A stretch of DNA of 64,000 nucleotides from assembly GCA_963700285.1 (NCBI GenBank), contig CAVOXA010000001.1, forward strand, positions 1,536,001 through 1,600,000. Direction: 5' to 3'. How positions within the stretch are numbered: position 1 is the first letter of the stretch; every line of letters starts with the position of its first letter. Under the pieces are notes generated by a model, which was given only the letters and a program-made list of their open reading frames with translations, had not been told where the DNA came from and did not search any database. The translations under genes and the position numbers were made by a program. This document shows, piece by piece, positions 49,686 to 59,891 of the stretch. Source of the stretch: an uncultured Chloroflexia bacterium (GTDB lineage Bacteria; Chloroflexota; Anaerolineae; JAAYZQ01).

Positions 49686-50678
49686 CTATTTCAGGGCATC
49701 CACGATGGCCTCCGTGTCAAAGCGGATCAGCAGAACATAGGTCTCCGCGCCGCTGCCAGGTTTGCCCAGCGAACCGGAGTACAGCGGTATCAGCTCGACG
49801 GCCGTATCCTCGGCAACTTGTTGCACCAGCTTGGGGTTGACCGTACTCTCGGAAAAGACAGCCGGTACGCCATATTCGAGGATGATATCCTCCAGAGCAG
49901 CGATATCCTGGGCTGATGGCTCAGACGAGGGACTGAGCGGAAAGACGGCGCCCAGTTGCTCCAGGCCGTAGCGATGGGCAAAGTAACCAAAGATGGGGTG
50001 GTTGGTCACCAGTTTTCGGTTGGCCTCCGGTATCTGGGCGACTTGCTCTTGTACCCAGGTGTCCAACTCCTCAAGCTCGTCGATGTACGCCTCGGCGTTC
50101 TTCTCATAATTGCCTGTACCGGCTGGGTCCAAGCTACTCAGTGTGCGCTCGATCTCTTTGACCCAGACGATCACGTTGGGTACGCTGAACCAGACATGTG
50201 GGTCGGCCTCGTCGTGACCGTGGCGGTCCACCTCTCCCTCGTGGCTTTCGGCCAATGCCAAAACCTCGAGGCCGTCCGAGACGTAGACGCGAGCAGCCTT
50301 TCCTCCGGCGCTTTCCAGCATTTCTTCCAGGCTTGCTTCCAGGCCGAGACCGTTGGCAAACACCACGTCGGCGTCATGAACGGCTGCCGTATCGGCCGGC
50401 GTCGGCACGAAACTATGGGGGTCCTCGCCGATGGCCATCAGTGTGGTCAACTCGATCCGGTCGCCACCCACGTTCTGTACGATGTCCCCCAGGATGCTGG
50501 TTGTGGCCACTACTTGGATTTTCTCACTGGCTCCAAGAGGGATGGCTTCCAGGACCTCTGACGTACCATGCGGCTCGCCGCTTGGCTCTGCTGCGCTTTG
50601 GTTGCAGGCACCAACCCCGGCCAGCACAAGAAGGGCCGCCCCTGAAATTAGCAGCCACTCTCTGACTTTCAGCTTCAT
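49686..50678 (-). CDS. Zn/Mn ABC substrate-binding lipoprotein
   Basis: Lipobox VGAC, DPHSF, NGLGLE, His-rich loop, DPHVW. Confidence 0.93.
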   Translation of the reverse strand: MKLKVREWLLISGAALLVLAGVGACNQSAAEPSGEPHGTSEVLEAIPLGASEKIQVVATTSILGDIVQNVGGDRIELTTLMAIGEDPHSFVPTPADTAAVHDADVVFANGLGLEASLEEMLESAGGKAARVYVSDGLEVLALAESHEGEVDRHGHDEADPHVWFSVPNVIVWVKEIERTLSSLDPAGTGNYEKNAEAYIDELEELDTWVQEQVAQIPEANRKLVTNHPIFGYFAHRYGLEQLGAVFPLSPSSEPSAQDIAALEDIILEYGVPAVFSESTVNPKLVQQVAEDTAVELIPLYSGSLGKPGSGAETYVLLIRFDTEAIVDALK

Positions 50679-50718
50679 CTAGTTCCCATCCTCTGTTCAG
50701 GCGCAACGTAGATCTGAA

Positions 50719-51138
50719 CTACTGGCATGCGGTACAGAGTCCTTGCAGCTCTAGCAGGTGATCCTCTATGACATATCCTGTCGTCTGGCTCACGCTGGAT
50801 AGAAAAGGTGATAGATCGCAGCCCTCAAACTCAACGGCCGCGCCACACTGGCGGCAGACCAGGTGATGGCGATGACCGTGGTCCGCAGCGGCATAACTAT
50901 GACAGCCATTTTCTGTGTGGATGCGCCGCACAAAGCCCATCTCGGCCAGAAGGTCCAGTGTGCGATAGACAGTCACCAGTCCCACAGTGGAGTAGTGTGA
51001 CCGGGCCCGTGCGTGGATCTCCCCAGGGCTTGAGCAGCCGCCGTCCCCCAGCAGTGCGCGGATCACCGCCCGGCGCGGCTGGGTGATGCGGTAGCCTGCT
51101 TGGCCCATCTGCTGGACAATACTCCGCTCAGATAGCAT
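50719..51138 (-). CDS. Fur-family regulator, probably Zur
   Basis: RITQPR, TVYRTL, HRHHLVCRQCG, GLCTAC; first gene of the metal ABC operon. Confidence 0.9.
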   Translation of the reverse strand: MLSERSIVQQMGQAGYRITQPRRAVIRALLGDGGCSSPGEIHARARSHYSTVGLVTVYRTLDLLAEMGFVRRIHTENGCHSYAAADHGHRHHLVCRQCGAAVEFEGCDLSPFLSSVSQTTGYVIEDHLLELQGLCTACQ

Positions 51139-51167
51139 GTTCAAAGGTATGCAGAATCCCCAGTTCT

Positions 51168-51188
51168 TATTGAAAAATAATGTCAATA
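51168..51188. promoter_or_regulatory. Zur/Fur-box-like palindrome
   Basis: TATTGAAAAATAATGTCAATA (TATTGA-N9-TCAATA), about 30 bp upstream of the Fur-family start. Confidence 0.7.
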
Positions 51189-51337
51189 GTGGTAATCAGA
51201 ATAGCATGAGAACTCTGGAATGTCAAATGCAGTCGCCAACAGATCGGGGATCTTGAGGGGCGTACCTGCCTCGAGTGCTGATTCAGGCTTCGATCCAGGG
51301 TGCGCTCGCGTCTCTCTAGTCATGCTGCGCTCAGGGA

Positions 51338-52975
51338 CTACTGTGCAGACGTCTTACCCTCCCAAAGTGGGCAAGCTCGTTTGGCTACCACCACGGCGAC
51401 TCCGCCAGCCGCCAGTCCTTCCTCAATGGCAGCTTGCGTCGGCTGTCTCTGCTCAGGATCCACGACGCGGACACTGGCTGCGCCGGTGGCCCGGATCAGG
51501 GCGATGAGATCAACCGGCTTGCGTGGCTTTCCTTGGGCATCATGGGCCGTTGCGGGGTGGGGTTGCCCGCCGGAAAGGGCTGTGGTTTCGTTGGCCAGCA
51601 CGATGACGAGAAGATCCAGACCGGCCTGGACGGCGTCGATCAACTCTCCCAGGCCGCTGTGCAGCAGGGCGGAGTCGCCCGACAGGGCCACGATGCTCTG
51701 CGGGATGTTGGTTCGTGCCAGCCCGGCGGCCAGGCCGATGCTGGAACCCATGCCGTACTTTACGTCAAGCAGCTGCCATGGCGGTAGCTGTGTCCGGACC
51801 ATGCAGCCCGTCTCGCCGGTGATGACAAAGGCGTCCCGCCCGCCACGGCGCTCCATGACAGCCAATAGAGACTCAACGGCTGGAACGTAAGGACAGTCGT
51901 CACACAGGGGCTGGCGGCTGGGCCTGCTCCTGCCCGTGGGCTCAAAGGTGGGCCAGGGCCAGTCAGGCATCAGTGCGGCCAGGGCCTGGGCGATCTGAGG
52001 GGCAAAAAGCTCGCCAGCGCTCGGGACATGGTTGCTGCTGCGCCCATAGATGGGCAGAGCGATGCCAGCCCGCTGGGCGATGGCTTGTACTTTGGTCTCC
52101 ACGTAGGGCGCGGTCTCTTCCAGTACCAGCGTCGCGTCCGCTTGCTCCAGGAAGGCAGCGATCTTTGCATGAGGAAGGGGATGCAGGGTCCCCAGGCGGA
52201 GGATCCGGAAAGGGGGATGGCTGCTATCTGCCAGAACCTCGGCCAGTTTCCGGTAGGTATAACCGGCGGCAATGACCGCCTTCTGGCCTTTCCCTTCCTC
52301 CCCGTTCTGAAAAGATGTCTCGAACTCGGCCCGTATGCTGTGCAGCTTGGCCTGGAGGCGCCGGTGATAGTCTACGACGTGCACAGGCAGGACGTTGAAG
52401 CGGTCGCCCTGGCGGTCAAAACGTGATGGTTGCAGGGTCCGCCTGGCTGCCGGCAAGAGATCAATGCCAACCTGTTCCAGAGCCAGCGCCCGTGTAATGC
52501 GAACTACGACAGGAACCTGGAAGCGTTCCGAAAGGTTGAATGCCTGGCCCATCAGGCTGCGGCTTTCCTCCGCGGATGTGGGTTCCAGCAGAGGTACCTC
52601 GGCGGCAGCGATGAGCGGGCGAGAATCCTCTTCGTTCTGGGAGCCCCAGCCGCCAGGATCATCGCCGACCAGGATCACAAAGCCCCCGCTGCCGGGGGCC
52701 AGATTGCTGACCATGAGCGAGTCGAGGGCCACATTGAGGCCTACACTCTTTAGGCAGAGGAGTGAACGGACCCCGGCCAGTGACGTGCCAAAGGCCGCAT
52801 CAAAGGCAGATTTCTCGTTGATAGCCCAGTCAATGCGGATGCCATCACCGGCCAGGTGCAGCAGCGCATCAACGATGGCTGTGCTGGGTGCGCCTGGATA
52901 CCCGGTAACGAACTGCACACCTGTTTCCAACGCCCCGCGGGCCAGGGCCTCGCTGCCTGTGACCTTGGTTGTCAT
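51338..52975 (-). CDS. iorA: Indolepyruvate:ferredoxin oxidoreductase alpha-like protein
   Basis: GYPGAPST, NEKSA, KSVGLNVALD, SQNEED, CDDCP, GDSALLHSG (TPP motif), GGQPHP. Confidence 0.82.
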   Translation of the reverse strand: MTTKVTGSEALARGALETGVQFVTGYPGAPSTAIVDALLHLAGDGIRIDWAINEKSAFDAAFGTSLAGVRSLLCLKSVGLNVALDSLMVSNLAPGSGGFVILVGDDPGGWGSQNEEDSRPLIAAAEVPLLEPTSAEESRSLMGQAFNLSERFQVPVVVRITRALALEQVGIDLLPAARRTLQPSRFDRQGDRFNVLPVHVVDYHRRLQAKLHSIRAEFETSFQNGEEGKGQKAVIAAGYTYRKLAEVLADSSHPPFRILRLGTLHPLPHAKIAAFLEQADATLVLEETAPYVETKVQAIAQRAGIALPIYGRSSNHVPSAGELFAPQIAQALAALMPDWPWPTFEPTGRSRPSRQPLCDDCPYVPAVESLLAVMERRGGRDAFVITGETGCMVRTQLPPWQLLDVKYGMGSSIGLAAGLARTNIPQSIVALSGDSALLHSGLGELIDAVQAGLDLLVIVLANETTALSGGQPHPATAHDAQGKPRKPVDLIALIRATGAASVRVVDPEQRQPTQAAIEEGLAAGGVAVVVAKRACPLWEGKTSAQ

Positions 52976-53170
52976 GCTATCATGTCTCCGGATCCTTTGA
53001 CTGGGTCTCCTGACTGCCGTTCTCTCATAGAACAGATCCTGGCTCTTTCACGCTCAAGTCAGGTCCGTGATCTGCCCTTGTCCGTTCCTACCGGCAACTG
53101 GGCCTTGTATCACGGACCCGACGGGAGCGATTAGGATGCCAGGCCTTGGCGGGGGCAGTACTCCCCTGGT

Positions 53171-54337
53171 CTACGTCTCTTCAGCGGCAGCGGCGGCAGC
53201 GACGCCAGCCCCCCGCTCGAATTTGTACCCGCAACCAGCCAGCCCCGCCTCGATAGCGCCGAGGGTAGCCAAGACATCGCCCATCTTGGCCGCGCCCATG
53301 TGTCCGATGCGAAAGTACTCATTTCGGATCTCGGGGTGCAGGCCCCCGGCCAGGACTGCGCCAGCCCGGGTGATGCGAGGCAGTAGGTCCGCTGCGCCGA
53401 CGCCCGCCGGGTAGCGGGGTGCCGTCATGGTGTGAGCGGCGAACTCTGGTTCGAGTGGTACCTGGCCTAACCCCAGAGCAGTGATGCCTGCCTGGCAGGC
53501 GCGGCCCAGTACCCCGTGGCGTTGGAAGCGGGCTTCTATGCCCTCATCCAAGATCTGGCCCAGGCTGACGTTCAAGGCCCATACCAGATTGACAGCCGGT
53601 GTGCCAAAGTAGCCGACCTTGCGCGACTCATAGGCTTCCATGATCGGCAACCATAGGGACCAGTCGGCGTAATAGTTGCTGACGGGGGTCCTGCGCCCGC
53701 GGAATGCATCCATCGCTCGCGGGCCCGCGACCAGCAGAGCTAGGCCCGGCGGCACGCCAATGGCCTTCTGAGAGGCGGTCAGTGCCACATCCACGCCCCA
53801 TTCGGTCATGCGTAGTTCTTCGCCAGCCACGGAGCAGACGCCGTCCACGATGACCAGCGCGCCATGCCGTCGGCCCAGTCCGGCCAGCCCTTTGACGTCG
53901 GTGATGACCCCCGTGGAGGTATCCACGTGGGTAATGGTCATCAGTTTGAAACTCTCTTGCTGCAGTGCGGCTTCAACCTGGTCCATGGCTGGTCGCCCGC
54001 CGGCCGGCGCCCGCACGTGGGTCACCTCAGCGCCATAGCGCTCCAGCAGTGCCCCGTAGCGGTCGCCGAAATACCCGGTATTCACTACCAGGGCCTTGTC
54101 GCCGGGCTCTACGAGGTTGGCTCCCGCCAGATCCATGGCCAGTGTACCTGATCCGGCGACGACAAAGGGTTGGCCGTCGGGGCAGAGGAATACCTGTCGC
54201 ATGCGCTCCAGCGCCTGGCCAAAGGCCTCTATGAAACCGGGCGCGATGTGGCTGGTGGTTGGGGCGGCCAATGCCGACAGCACGGCCGGTTCAAACTCGA
54301 TTGGTCCGGGGATCATCAGTAGGGTTCGGTCTTTCAT
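53171..54337 (-). CDS. Class V PLP aminotransferase (alanine/serine-glyoxylate type)
   Basis: LLMIPGP, GSGTLAM, HVDTSTG, ASQKA...PPGL, FRIGHMG. Confidence 0.92.
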   Translation of the reverse strand: MKDRTLLMIPGPIEFEPAVLSALAAPTTSHIAPGFIEAFGQALERMRQVFLCPDGQPFVVAGSGTLAMDLAGANLVEPGDKALVVNTGYFGDRYGALLERYGAEVTHVRAPAGGRPAMDQVEAALQQESFKLMTITHVDTSTGVITDVKGLAGLGRRHGALVIVDGVCSVAGEELRMTEWGVDVALTASQKAIGVPPGLALLVAGPRAMDAFRGRRTPVSNYYADWSLWLPIMEAYESRKVGYFGTPAVNLVWALNVSLGQILDEGIEARFQRHGVLGRACQAGITALGLGQVPLEPEFAAHTMTAPRYPAGVGAADLLPRITRAGAVLAGGLHPEIRNEYFRIGHMGAAKMGDVLATLGAIEAGLAGCGYKFERGAGVAAAAAAEET

Positions 54338-54452
54338 GGTTCTGTGCTCCTCTTCATAGAGATCTATACTCTTCGAAAACGCTCTCCCCCGAAACGGGAC
54401 TGCGGGCGGGTCCGCGGCAGGATGCCTGGCAGTGTTCAACTGCCCTCCATCG

Positions 54453-55421
54453 TTACGGACGAACCAGTACCTTGAGTGTACCACGGCGTGCAGCGTGCTC
54501 AAAAGCCATCGGCGCCTCCTCCAATGGATATTCGGCTTGGATGAGCGGTGCCACGTCTACCCGGCCCCTGTCCAGCAGGCGCATGGCTGCCGGGAACGGC
54601 CCGCAGCGCGACCCGATGACCTGGATCTCGTCCACGACCAGGCTGGACAGATCCACCTGTACCCGGGCGTGATAGGTACTCTTTAGGACCAAGGTCCCCT
54701 GGTGGCGTACCAACTGCCGGGCAGTCTGGAACCCTTCAGCTCCGCCAGTGCATTCCACGACGATGTCGGCGCTGCCGGCAAGGTTCTGATCTCCCATCTG
54801 AGTCGGAATGCCTCGGGCTGCCAGGATGTCGAGCTTGTCTGAATGCCGGCCCACAGCCAAGAGGTCGCAGCCTGTCAAGGCAATCACCTGTGCGACCAGC
54901 AAGCCGAGTTTCCCATCGCCCAGAACGATAACCCGGTCGGTGGGTCGCACGTGGACCTGATCCAGCACCTGACAGGCTGCGGCCAGGGGCTCGGCGAACA
55001 CTGCCACCTCATCGGGCATGCCCTCGGGTACCATCTGCAGGTTTCCTACCGGTAGGCAAAAGTACTCGGCCAATGTACCATCCCGGCCCCGGATGCCCAG
55101 AGCTGTACGGTGTGGGCAATGGGTCGGCCGTCCGGCGCGGCAAGTCTCGCACTGGCCGCAGGCTGCATTGATCTCGCCTACCACCCGCCGGCCAACCAGG
55201 CTGGGGTCTTGGGCTTGATCGATGACCCCCACGAACTCGTGGCCCAATACGCCACGATACCCCGCGTAGCCGCGCACGACCTCCAAGTCGGTGTTACAGA
55301 TGCCGGCCAAGGTTGTGCGTATTCTCACCTCACCCGTTGGAGGCTGGGGATCAGGATAGTCCACGGCCAGCCGGAGCCGCATCTGATTTTCCAGGTGATC
55401 ATCGAAGAGCGTGGCTTTCAG
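54453..55421 (-). CDS. Zn-dependent MDR alcohol dehydrogenase
   Basis: GICNTD, GHEFVG, CGQCETC..HC, GDGKLG; frame extends to a CTG 5 nt after SD AGGGAGGG. Confidence 0.9.
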   Translation of the reverse strand: MKATLFDDHLENQMRLRLAVDYPDPQPPTGEVRIRTTLAGICNTDLEVVRGYAGYRGVLGHEFVGVIDQAQDPSLVGRRVVGEINAACGQCETCRAGRPTHCPHRTALGIRGRDGTLAEYFCLPVGNLQMVPEGMPDEVAVFAEPLAAACQVLDQVHVRPTDRVIVLGDGKLGLLVAQVIALTGCDLLAVGRHSDKLDILAARGIPTQMGDQNLAGSADIVVECTGGAEGFQTARQLVRHQGTLVLKSTYHARVQVDLSSLVVDEIQVIGSRCGPFPAAMRLLDRGRVDVAPLIQAEYPLEEAPMAFEHAARRGTLKVLVRP

Positions 55422-55433
55422 AGCGACCCTCCC

Positions 55434-56333
55434 TTAGCGGCGGTGACCATAAACAGTGACCCGTTCCTCTTCGAGCACGATTTGTTCCAGACACAGGGCA
55501 TAGTCTGCCGGATACCAGTCGAGCGCTTCCACGAGCATCTCCCTGGCTTGGTCTTTCACAAAACCAGGGGTCAGTACCCCGGCGATTGAGATGGCCTGGA
55601 TCTCTGTGTGAGGGTGGCAATCCTCGACCAGGATAGTACCCTCAACCTCAGTACTAAACTCGAAACCCACCAGCATCACGTCGCCCGTCACCACGACCTG
55701 GTCTTTTTTCAAGTCGACCTGCACGTTGCGGTAGGGCAGGTCTGGATTGTTCGCGAACATGGATGCGATCTCGCTGTTCAGCATTGCCTCGCTGTACCGG
55801 ATCAGGACGGGGCGTCCAGCGGCAGAGCGGTTCATCTCCTCGCCCATGTGTGCCAGGTTACTGAAGGGTTCATCCGAGATCAAGAGCAGGTTTTTGAGTA
55901 GCGTGTCGGTAGGCGCAGGCGTGAGCGGTTCGGGCGATGGGGCCAGATTTTCCGTAGGCAGGGCACGGGGTGTGGAGGTAGGCGCTGAGGTGAGAGCAGG
56001 CGATGGATAGTCCGTCTCTGTTGCAGTAGGCCCGCCTGCCTGGGCGACCGATGTTTGGACCGCGCCGATTTCGACCGCCGTGGGTGCTGGAGTTGCCAAT
56101 GCGGCCACGGCGGTCGCCATCGTCGGAACTGCTGTGACTCTGGGAGCCCCGGATGCGACTTGCTGCCACGCCTTCGCGGCCGCGGCCTGTTGCTCGCGAA
56201 TGAGTGTTTCTACCCCCAGATCTACCTCACGACTGACGGCCAACCCAACTCCGGCGGCCACTGCCACCCAGAAGAGCAGGTTACAGGCCGCGAGAACGAT
56301 GATAAAGCTCGAGCGAGAGATACCCCTAAACAT
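55434..56333 (-). CDS. Membrane-anchored hypothetical protein
   Basis: N-terminal TM helix, Pro/Thr/Ala-rich linker, globular C-terminal domain; tight operon spacing. Confidence 0.65.
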   Translation of the reverse strand: MFRGISRSSFIIVLAACNLLFWVAVAAGVGLAVSREVDLGVETLIREQQAAAAKAWQQVASGAPRVTAVPTMATAVAALATPAPTAVEIGAVQTSVAQAGGPTATETDYPSPALTSAPTSTPRALPTENLAPSPEPLTPAPTDTLLKNLLLISDEPFSNLAHMGEEMNRSAAGRPVLIRYSEAMLNSEIASMFANNPDLPYRNVQVDLKKDQVVVTGDVMLVGFEFSTEVEGTILVEDCHPHTEIQAISIAGVLTPGFVKDQAREMLVEALDWYPADYALCLEQIVLEEERVTVYGHRR

Positions 56334-57504
56334 TGTCTCCCTGCCTTCCACCATCTGGACGCTGGGATGGCGGGTGAGTCTTTTCCGCTTCTGCTATCTG
56401 GTCGAGTATCGTTGTGAGCTTTGCGACATTGCCTTGAGTCAAGGGCCGGTCCGGCAGGAACGGGCAGGCGTGTGAACTCCGGATGGAGGGCTGATAGGTC
56501 CCAATTCGGCGTGCTATGGCCATGATCTCCGTCTTGTCCATCCCAATCAAAGGCCGCAGAATCGGCTTCTTGATTCCGTAGGATATGACCTCCAGGTTGC
56601 TCAGGGTTTGGCTGGCCACTTGGCCCAAGGAATCGCCGGTCACCAGTGCTCCGGCGCCTGTCTCTTGGGCTAGTATGGCTGCTTCGGCCAGTATGGCTCG
56701 CTTGCAAAAGAGGCAAGTCCACCGTTCCTGGTGAATTTGACGTAGCCTGGCAAGGGTCGGACCCAGGACCTCTTGGTGAGAAAGGATAATCGGCTTCAAC
56801 TGAAAGCCATAGGCATGCTGGTTCAGGGCATCGACGATGGCCAAGACCTGATCGGTCTGTGGTTGGCCGACGCTGAAATGCAGGGGTATCACGCCACAGC
56901 CACGCTTCATCATCAACCAGGTTGCCACTGGTGAATCGATCCCACTGGACAGTAGGGACACGACCCTCCCCTGGCTCCCCAGTGGAAGGCCGCCGGGTCC
57001 GGCTATGGTTTCGCCAAAGACCAGGGCGCGTCCAGGCTGTATCTCCACCCCGATCTCGACCTCGGCGCTTCGCGAAAGGTCCACAGGTGCTCCCGTAGCC
57101 ATGACCACGGCTGCCCCGACCATGCGCCCGATCTCAGGTGAGATGTGGGGGAATGATTTGTCAGCTCGCCTCGCCTGTACCCGAAAGGAGCGTGCCGGTC
57201 CAACTCTGGCCCGCTGGGCAATGCCAACCGCTTCGTGGGCAATGGCCTCTATGTCGGCGGATGTCACCTGTACCGGGCTCAAGGATACGATACCAAAGAC
57301 ACGCTGTACGGCACCCACCGCCGCTTCCAGATCCTCGGTTTCCAGGTAGATGCGCTGGCCCGTCTGCCAGACCTCACCGGGGATTCCGTTGGCCTTGAGA
57401 CAACGCCGTACGTTGCGACGCAGCTTTCGGAAGAAATAGTTGCGGTTCTGTCCCTTCAGGGCAATCTCGCCGTAGCGTACGAGTATCAAGCTCACCGCAG
57501 CCAC
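56326..57504 (-). CDS. thiI: tRNA 4-thiouridine synthase (THUMP plus PP-loop)
   Basis: RYGEIALKG.NR, GGLPLGSQG, SSGIDSPVA, CLFC, GDSLGQVASQT, RPLIGMDK. Confidence 0.95.
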   Translation of the reverse strand: MAAVSLILVRYGEIALKGQNRNYFFRKLRRNVRRCLKANGIPGEVWQTGQRIYLETEDLEAAVGAVQRVFGIVSLSPVQVTSADIEAIAHEAVGIAQRARVGPARSFRVQARRADKSFPHISPEIGRMVGAAVVMATGAPVDLSRSAEVEIGVEIQPGRALVFGETIAGPGGLPLGSQGRVVSLLSSGIDSPVATWLMMKRGCGVIPLHFSVGQPQTDQVLAIVDALNQHAYGFQLKPIILSHQEVLGPTLARLRQIHQERWTCLFCKRAILAEAAILAQETGAGALVTGDSLGQVASQTLSNLEVISYGIKKPILRPLIGMDKTEIMAIARRIGTYQPSIRSSHACPFLPDRPLTQGNVAKLTTILDQIAEAEKTHPPSQRPDGGRQGDNV

Positions 57505-58490
57505 CCGTTCTCGAGATACCAGTCTGCCGTTTCCTGCAGGGCAGTTTCTAGGTCACATGCAGGCTCGAACCCCAGTTCTTGCTGGGCCTTTTTTCCAGAA
57601 CACACCCAGTAGGGCTGTCGCAAATCTTTGACCCGCTGGTCGTTGAGCAGCGCTGGCCTGCCCGTCAGCCTGCCCTGTGCCCGCGACCACCAGGCAATGG
57701 GTGTCAGCACGGCCAGGGGCAGAGCTATGCGCCGGGGCTGCTTGCCCAGGGCTCGGGCGATGGCGGCCGACAGATCTGCATAGCTGGTCGTCTGGCCGCA
57801 GCCGAAATAGATTTGGCCGATGGTCTCTTTGCTTGCCAGGACAGCCATGAACAGCCGGACTAGGTCACGGACATAGATGAGGCTCGCTCGCCGCTCCTCC
57901 CGCCCTAGTTGCAGGTCCAAGCCGCGGTTCACCAGGTCAAAATAGGTGAGAAAATCTTGGTCGCGGGGCCCAAACACTGGGGCCGCGCGCACGATGGATA
58001 CCGGCAACCGGTCGCGCAGATCCAGCAGCGCCTGCTCTGCCGCCAGCTTGCTTCTACCGTACCAGGTGATCGGTTCGGACCGGCATAGCTCGTCCACAGG
58101 GTTGTTCGCACTCTGCGCCGGGCCGCAGGCTGCTAGGCTGGAGGCAAAGAGAAATCTCTCGAGATCGGGCGCTGTTTCCAGGCACACTCTGGCCAGGTCT
58201 TTGGTACCCTTTGTGTTGATGCACACAAAGGTCTCTTCTTCCAGCGCCCTTGTCAGAGCAGCACAGTGGCAAACAGCATCTACCCCCGCGCAGGCCAGAC
58301 GAAGGCTTGCTTCGTCCTCCAGATCCGCGTACGCCAGTTCCACGGGCAGGTCGCGGATGAAGGACAGATCGCTTGAGCGGCGTACCATGCACCTTACTGC
58401 GTACCCCTGCGCCAGCAGCGCCTCGACCAGATGGGATCCGACAAACCCATTGGCCCCAGTGACCAGAGCCAGCTTCTGCCTCTCACTCAA
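57492..58490 (-). CDS. NAD-dependent epimerase/dehydratase (extended SDR)
   Basis: TGANGFVG, YGRSK, VFGPRD. Confidence 0.92.
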   Translation of the reverse strand: MSERQKLALVTGANGFVGSHLVEALLAQGYAVRCMVRRSSDLSFIRDLPVELAYADLEDEASLRLACAGVDAVCHCAALTRALEEETFVCINTKGTKDLARVCLETAPDLERFLFASSLAACGPAQSANNPVDELCRSEPITWYGRSKLAAEQALLDLRDRLPVSIVRAAPVFGPRDQDFLTYFDLVNRGLDLQLGREERRASLIYVRDLVRLFMAVLASKETIGQIYFGCGQTTSYADLSAAIARALGKQPRRIALPLAVLTPIAWWSRAQGRLTGRPALLNDQRVKDLRQPYWVCSGKKAQQELGFEPACDLETALQETADWYLENGWLR

Positions 58491-59709
58491 AGGTGAACAC
58501 CGCCTTCAGCGCCTGGTGCCCGTTCCGGTCTGCCAGTGTTCCAAACGCCCGCCGGTACTCGTCTAATCTATACTTGTGGGTAAGGAGGGGTGACAGATCC
58601 AGTTTTCCCCGAGCCATAAGTTCCAAACCCACCTCGTAGGTGCGCACCCGCCGGCCTTCGAAATCCTCCACGGCCACGGTGTAGCTGCCGGCCACGGTCA
58701 ACTCGTGGAACCAGATGGGCGTCCAGTCCACCCCTTTTGGTAGTCCGGCCGCGCCCACCAGGACGACTTTGCCCCCGGCGGAAGCCAGGTGCAAGGCGTC
58801 GTCGATGCTCGCTTCGCTGCCCACACACTCGAATACCAGGTCCGCACCACTCACGAGGGCAGGCTTTCCCAGGATGGGCTGGTAGACCTTGCCTCCTGTC
58901 AACTTGGCCAACGCTTCATAATGCTTGTGGTCCCTGTCCAGGTGCAATATCTCGTCAGCACCGTACTGCCGGGCCAAGTCGCCTTGGAAGGGATACTTGG
59001 CCAGAACCAGGATGCGCGCCTGACTGCCCAGTGCACGCAGCGACGCTACGGCGCATAGCCCGATAGTGCCTGCGCCCAGTACGAGTACAGTCGCATGATC
59101 CTCGGGAAAATGACAGAGAACAGGATGTAGGGAGGAGCACAGAGCATCCAGAAGGATGGCGTTCTCATTGGAGACGTTGTCTGGTACCCGGACCAACTGT
59201 GATTGATGGGCTACATAATATGGCCCCCAACTGCCGCCGGTATCGGCGCAGGAACCCAGGATCGTGCCCGGCGACAGCGCGCCGTCCGCAAAGTGCTCGC
59301 AGAGGTTGTAATCCCCCCGTTGGCAGGCTGGGCAGGGATCGACGATGCCCCGTACAGCGCAGGGCAGCATCAGGTCGGCGATGACCCTCTGGCCCATGGA
59401 CCAGCCTTCGACCTCAGGCCCCACATCGACGATCGTGCCCAGGTTCTCGTGGCCCACGACGAACCGGTCGGAGCCAAAGGGCGAGAGATAAGGGCTGTTG
59501 TGGAGGTGGAGCAACCCCCAGTCTGTCCCGCAGATACCGCCGTATCGAGTCCGGATCTTGACCCAGTCAGGGCCAGGCAATAGCGGCTCGGGCACATCCC
59601 CGTAGCGCAGACACGAAAAGCCGCTCCAGAAGAACGGCTCGTAGAGGGACCCCAGCGCTTTGCCGAGCACATAGCGCGGTACGCTGACGTCAAATTGGAT
59701 CGCTTTCAT
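58483..59709 (-). CDS. Zn-dependent MDR dehydrogenase
   Basis: GICGTD, GHE, C..CPAC..C, GAGTIG. Confidence 0.9.
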   Translation of the reverse strand: MKAIQFDVSVPRYVLGKALGSLYEPFFWSGFSCLRYGDVPEPLLPGPDWVKIRTRYGGICGTDWGLLHLHNSPYLSPFGSDRFVVGHENLGTIVDVGPEVEGWSMGQRVIADLMLPCAVRGIVDPCPACQRGDYNLCEHFADGALSPGTILGSCADTGGSWGPYYVAHQSQLVRVPDNVSNENAILLDALCSSLHPVLCHFPEDHATVLVLGAGTIGLCAVASLRALGSQARILVLAKYPFQGDLARQYGADEILHLDRDHKHYEALAKLTGGKVYQPILGKPALVSGADLVFECVGSEASIDDALHLASAGGKVVLVGAAGLPKGVDWTPIWFHELTVAGSYTVAVEDFEGRRVRTYEVGLELMARGKLDLSPLLTHKYRLDEYRRAFGTLADRNGHQALKAVFTFE

Positions 59710-59891
59710 CGGTGTGTTCTGCCGGCAAGCATCACCCGCAAAGTTTAGCACATGCCGGGTCTTTTGTCAATCAGAGGTCGCTTTTGGTAGAAGGTAGCTC
59801 ACCAGAGGCCCAGATTGACATGCAGGCTCCTGCCTGCTATCATGGCGGCGCCGGACATACCGGTACAACGCAGGTTGGCAAGGAGAGAGGC

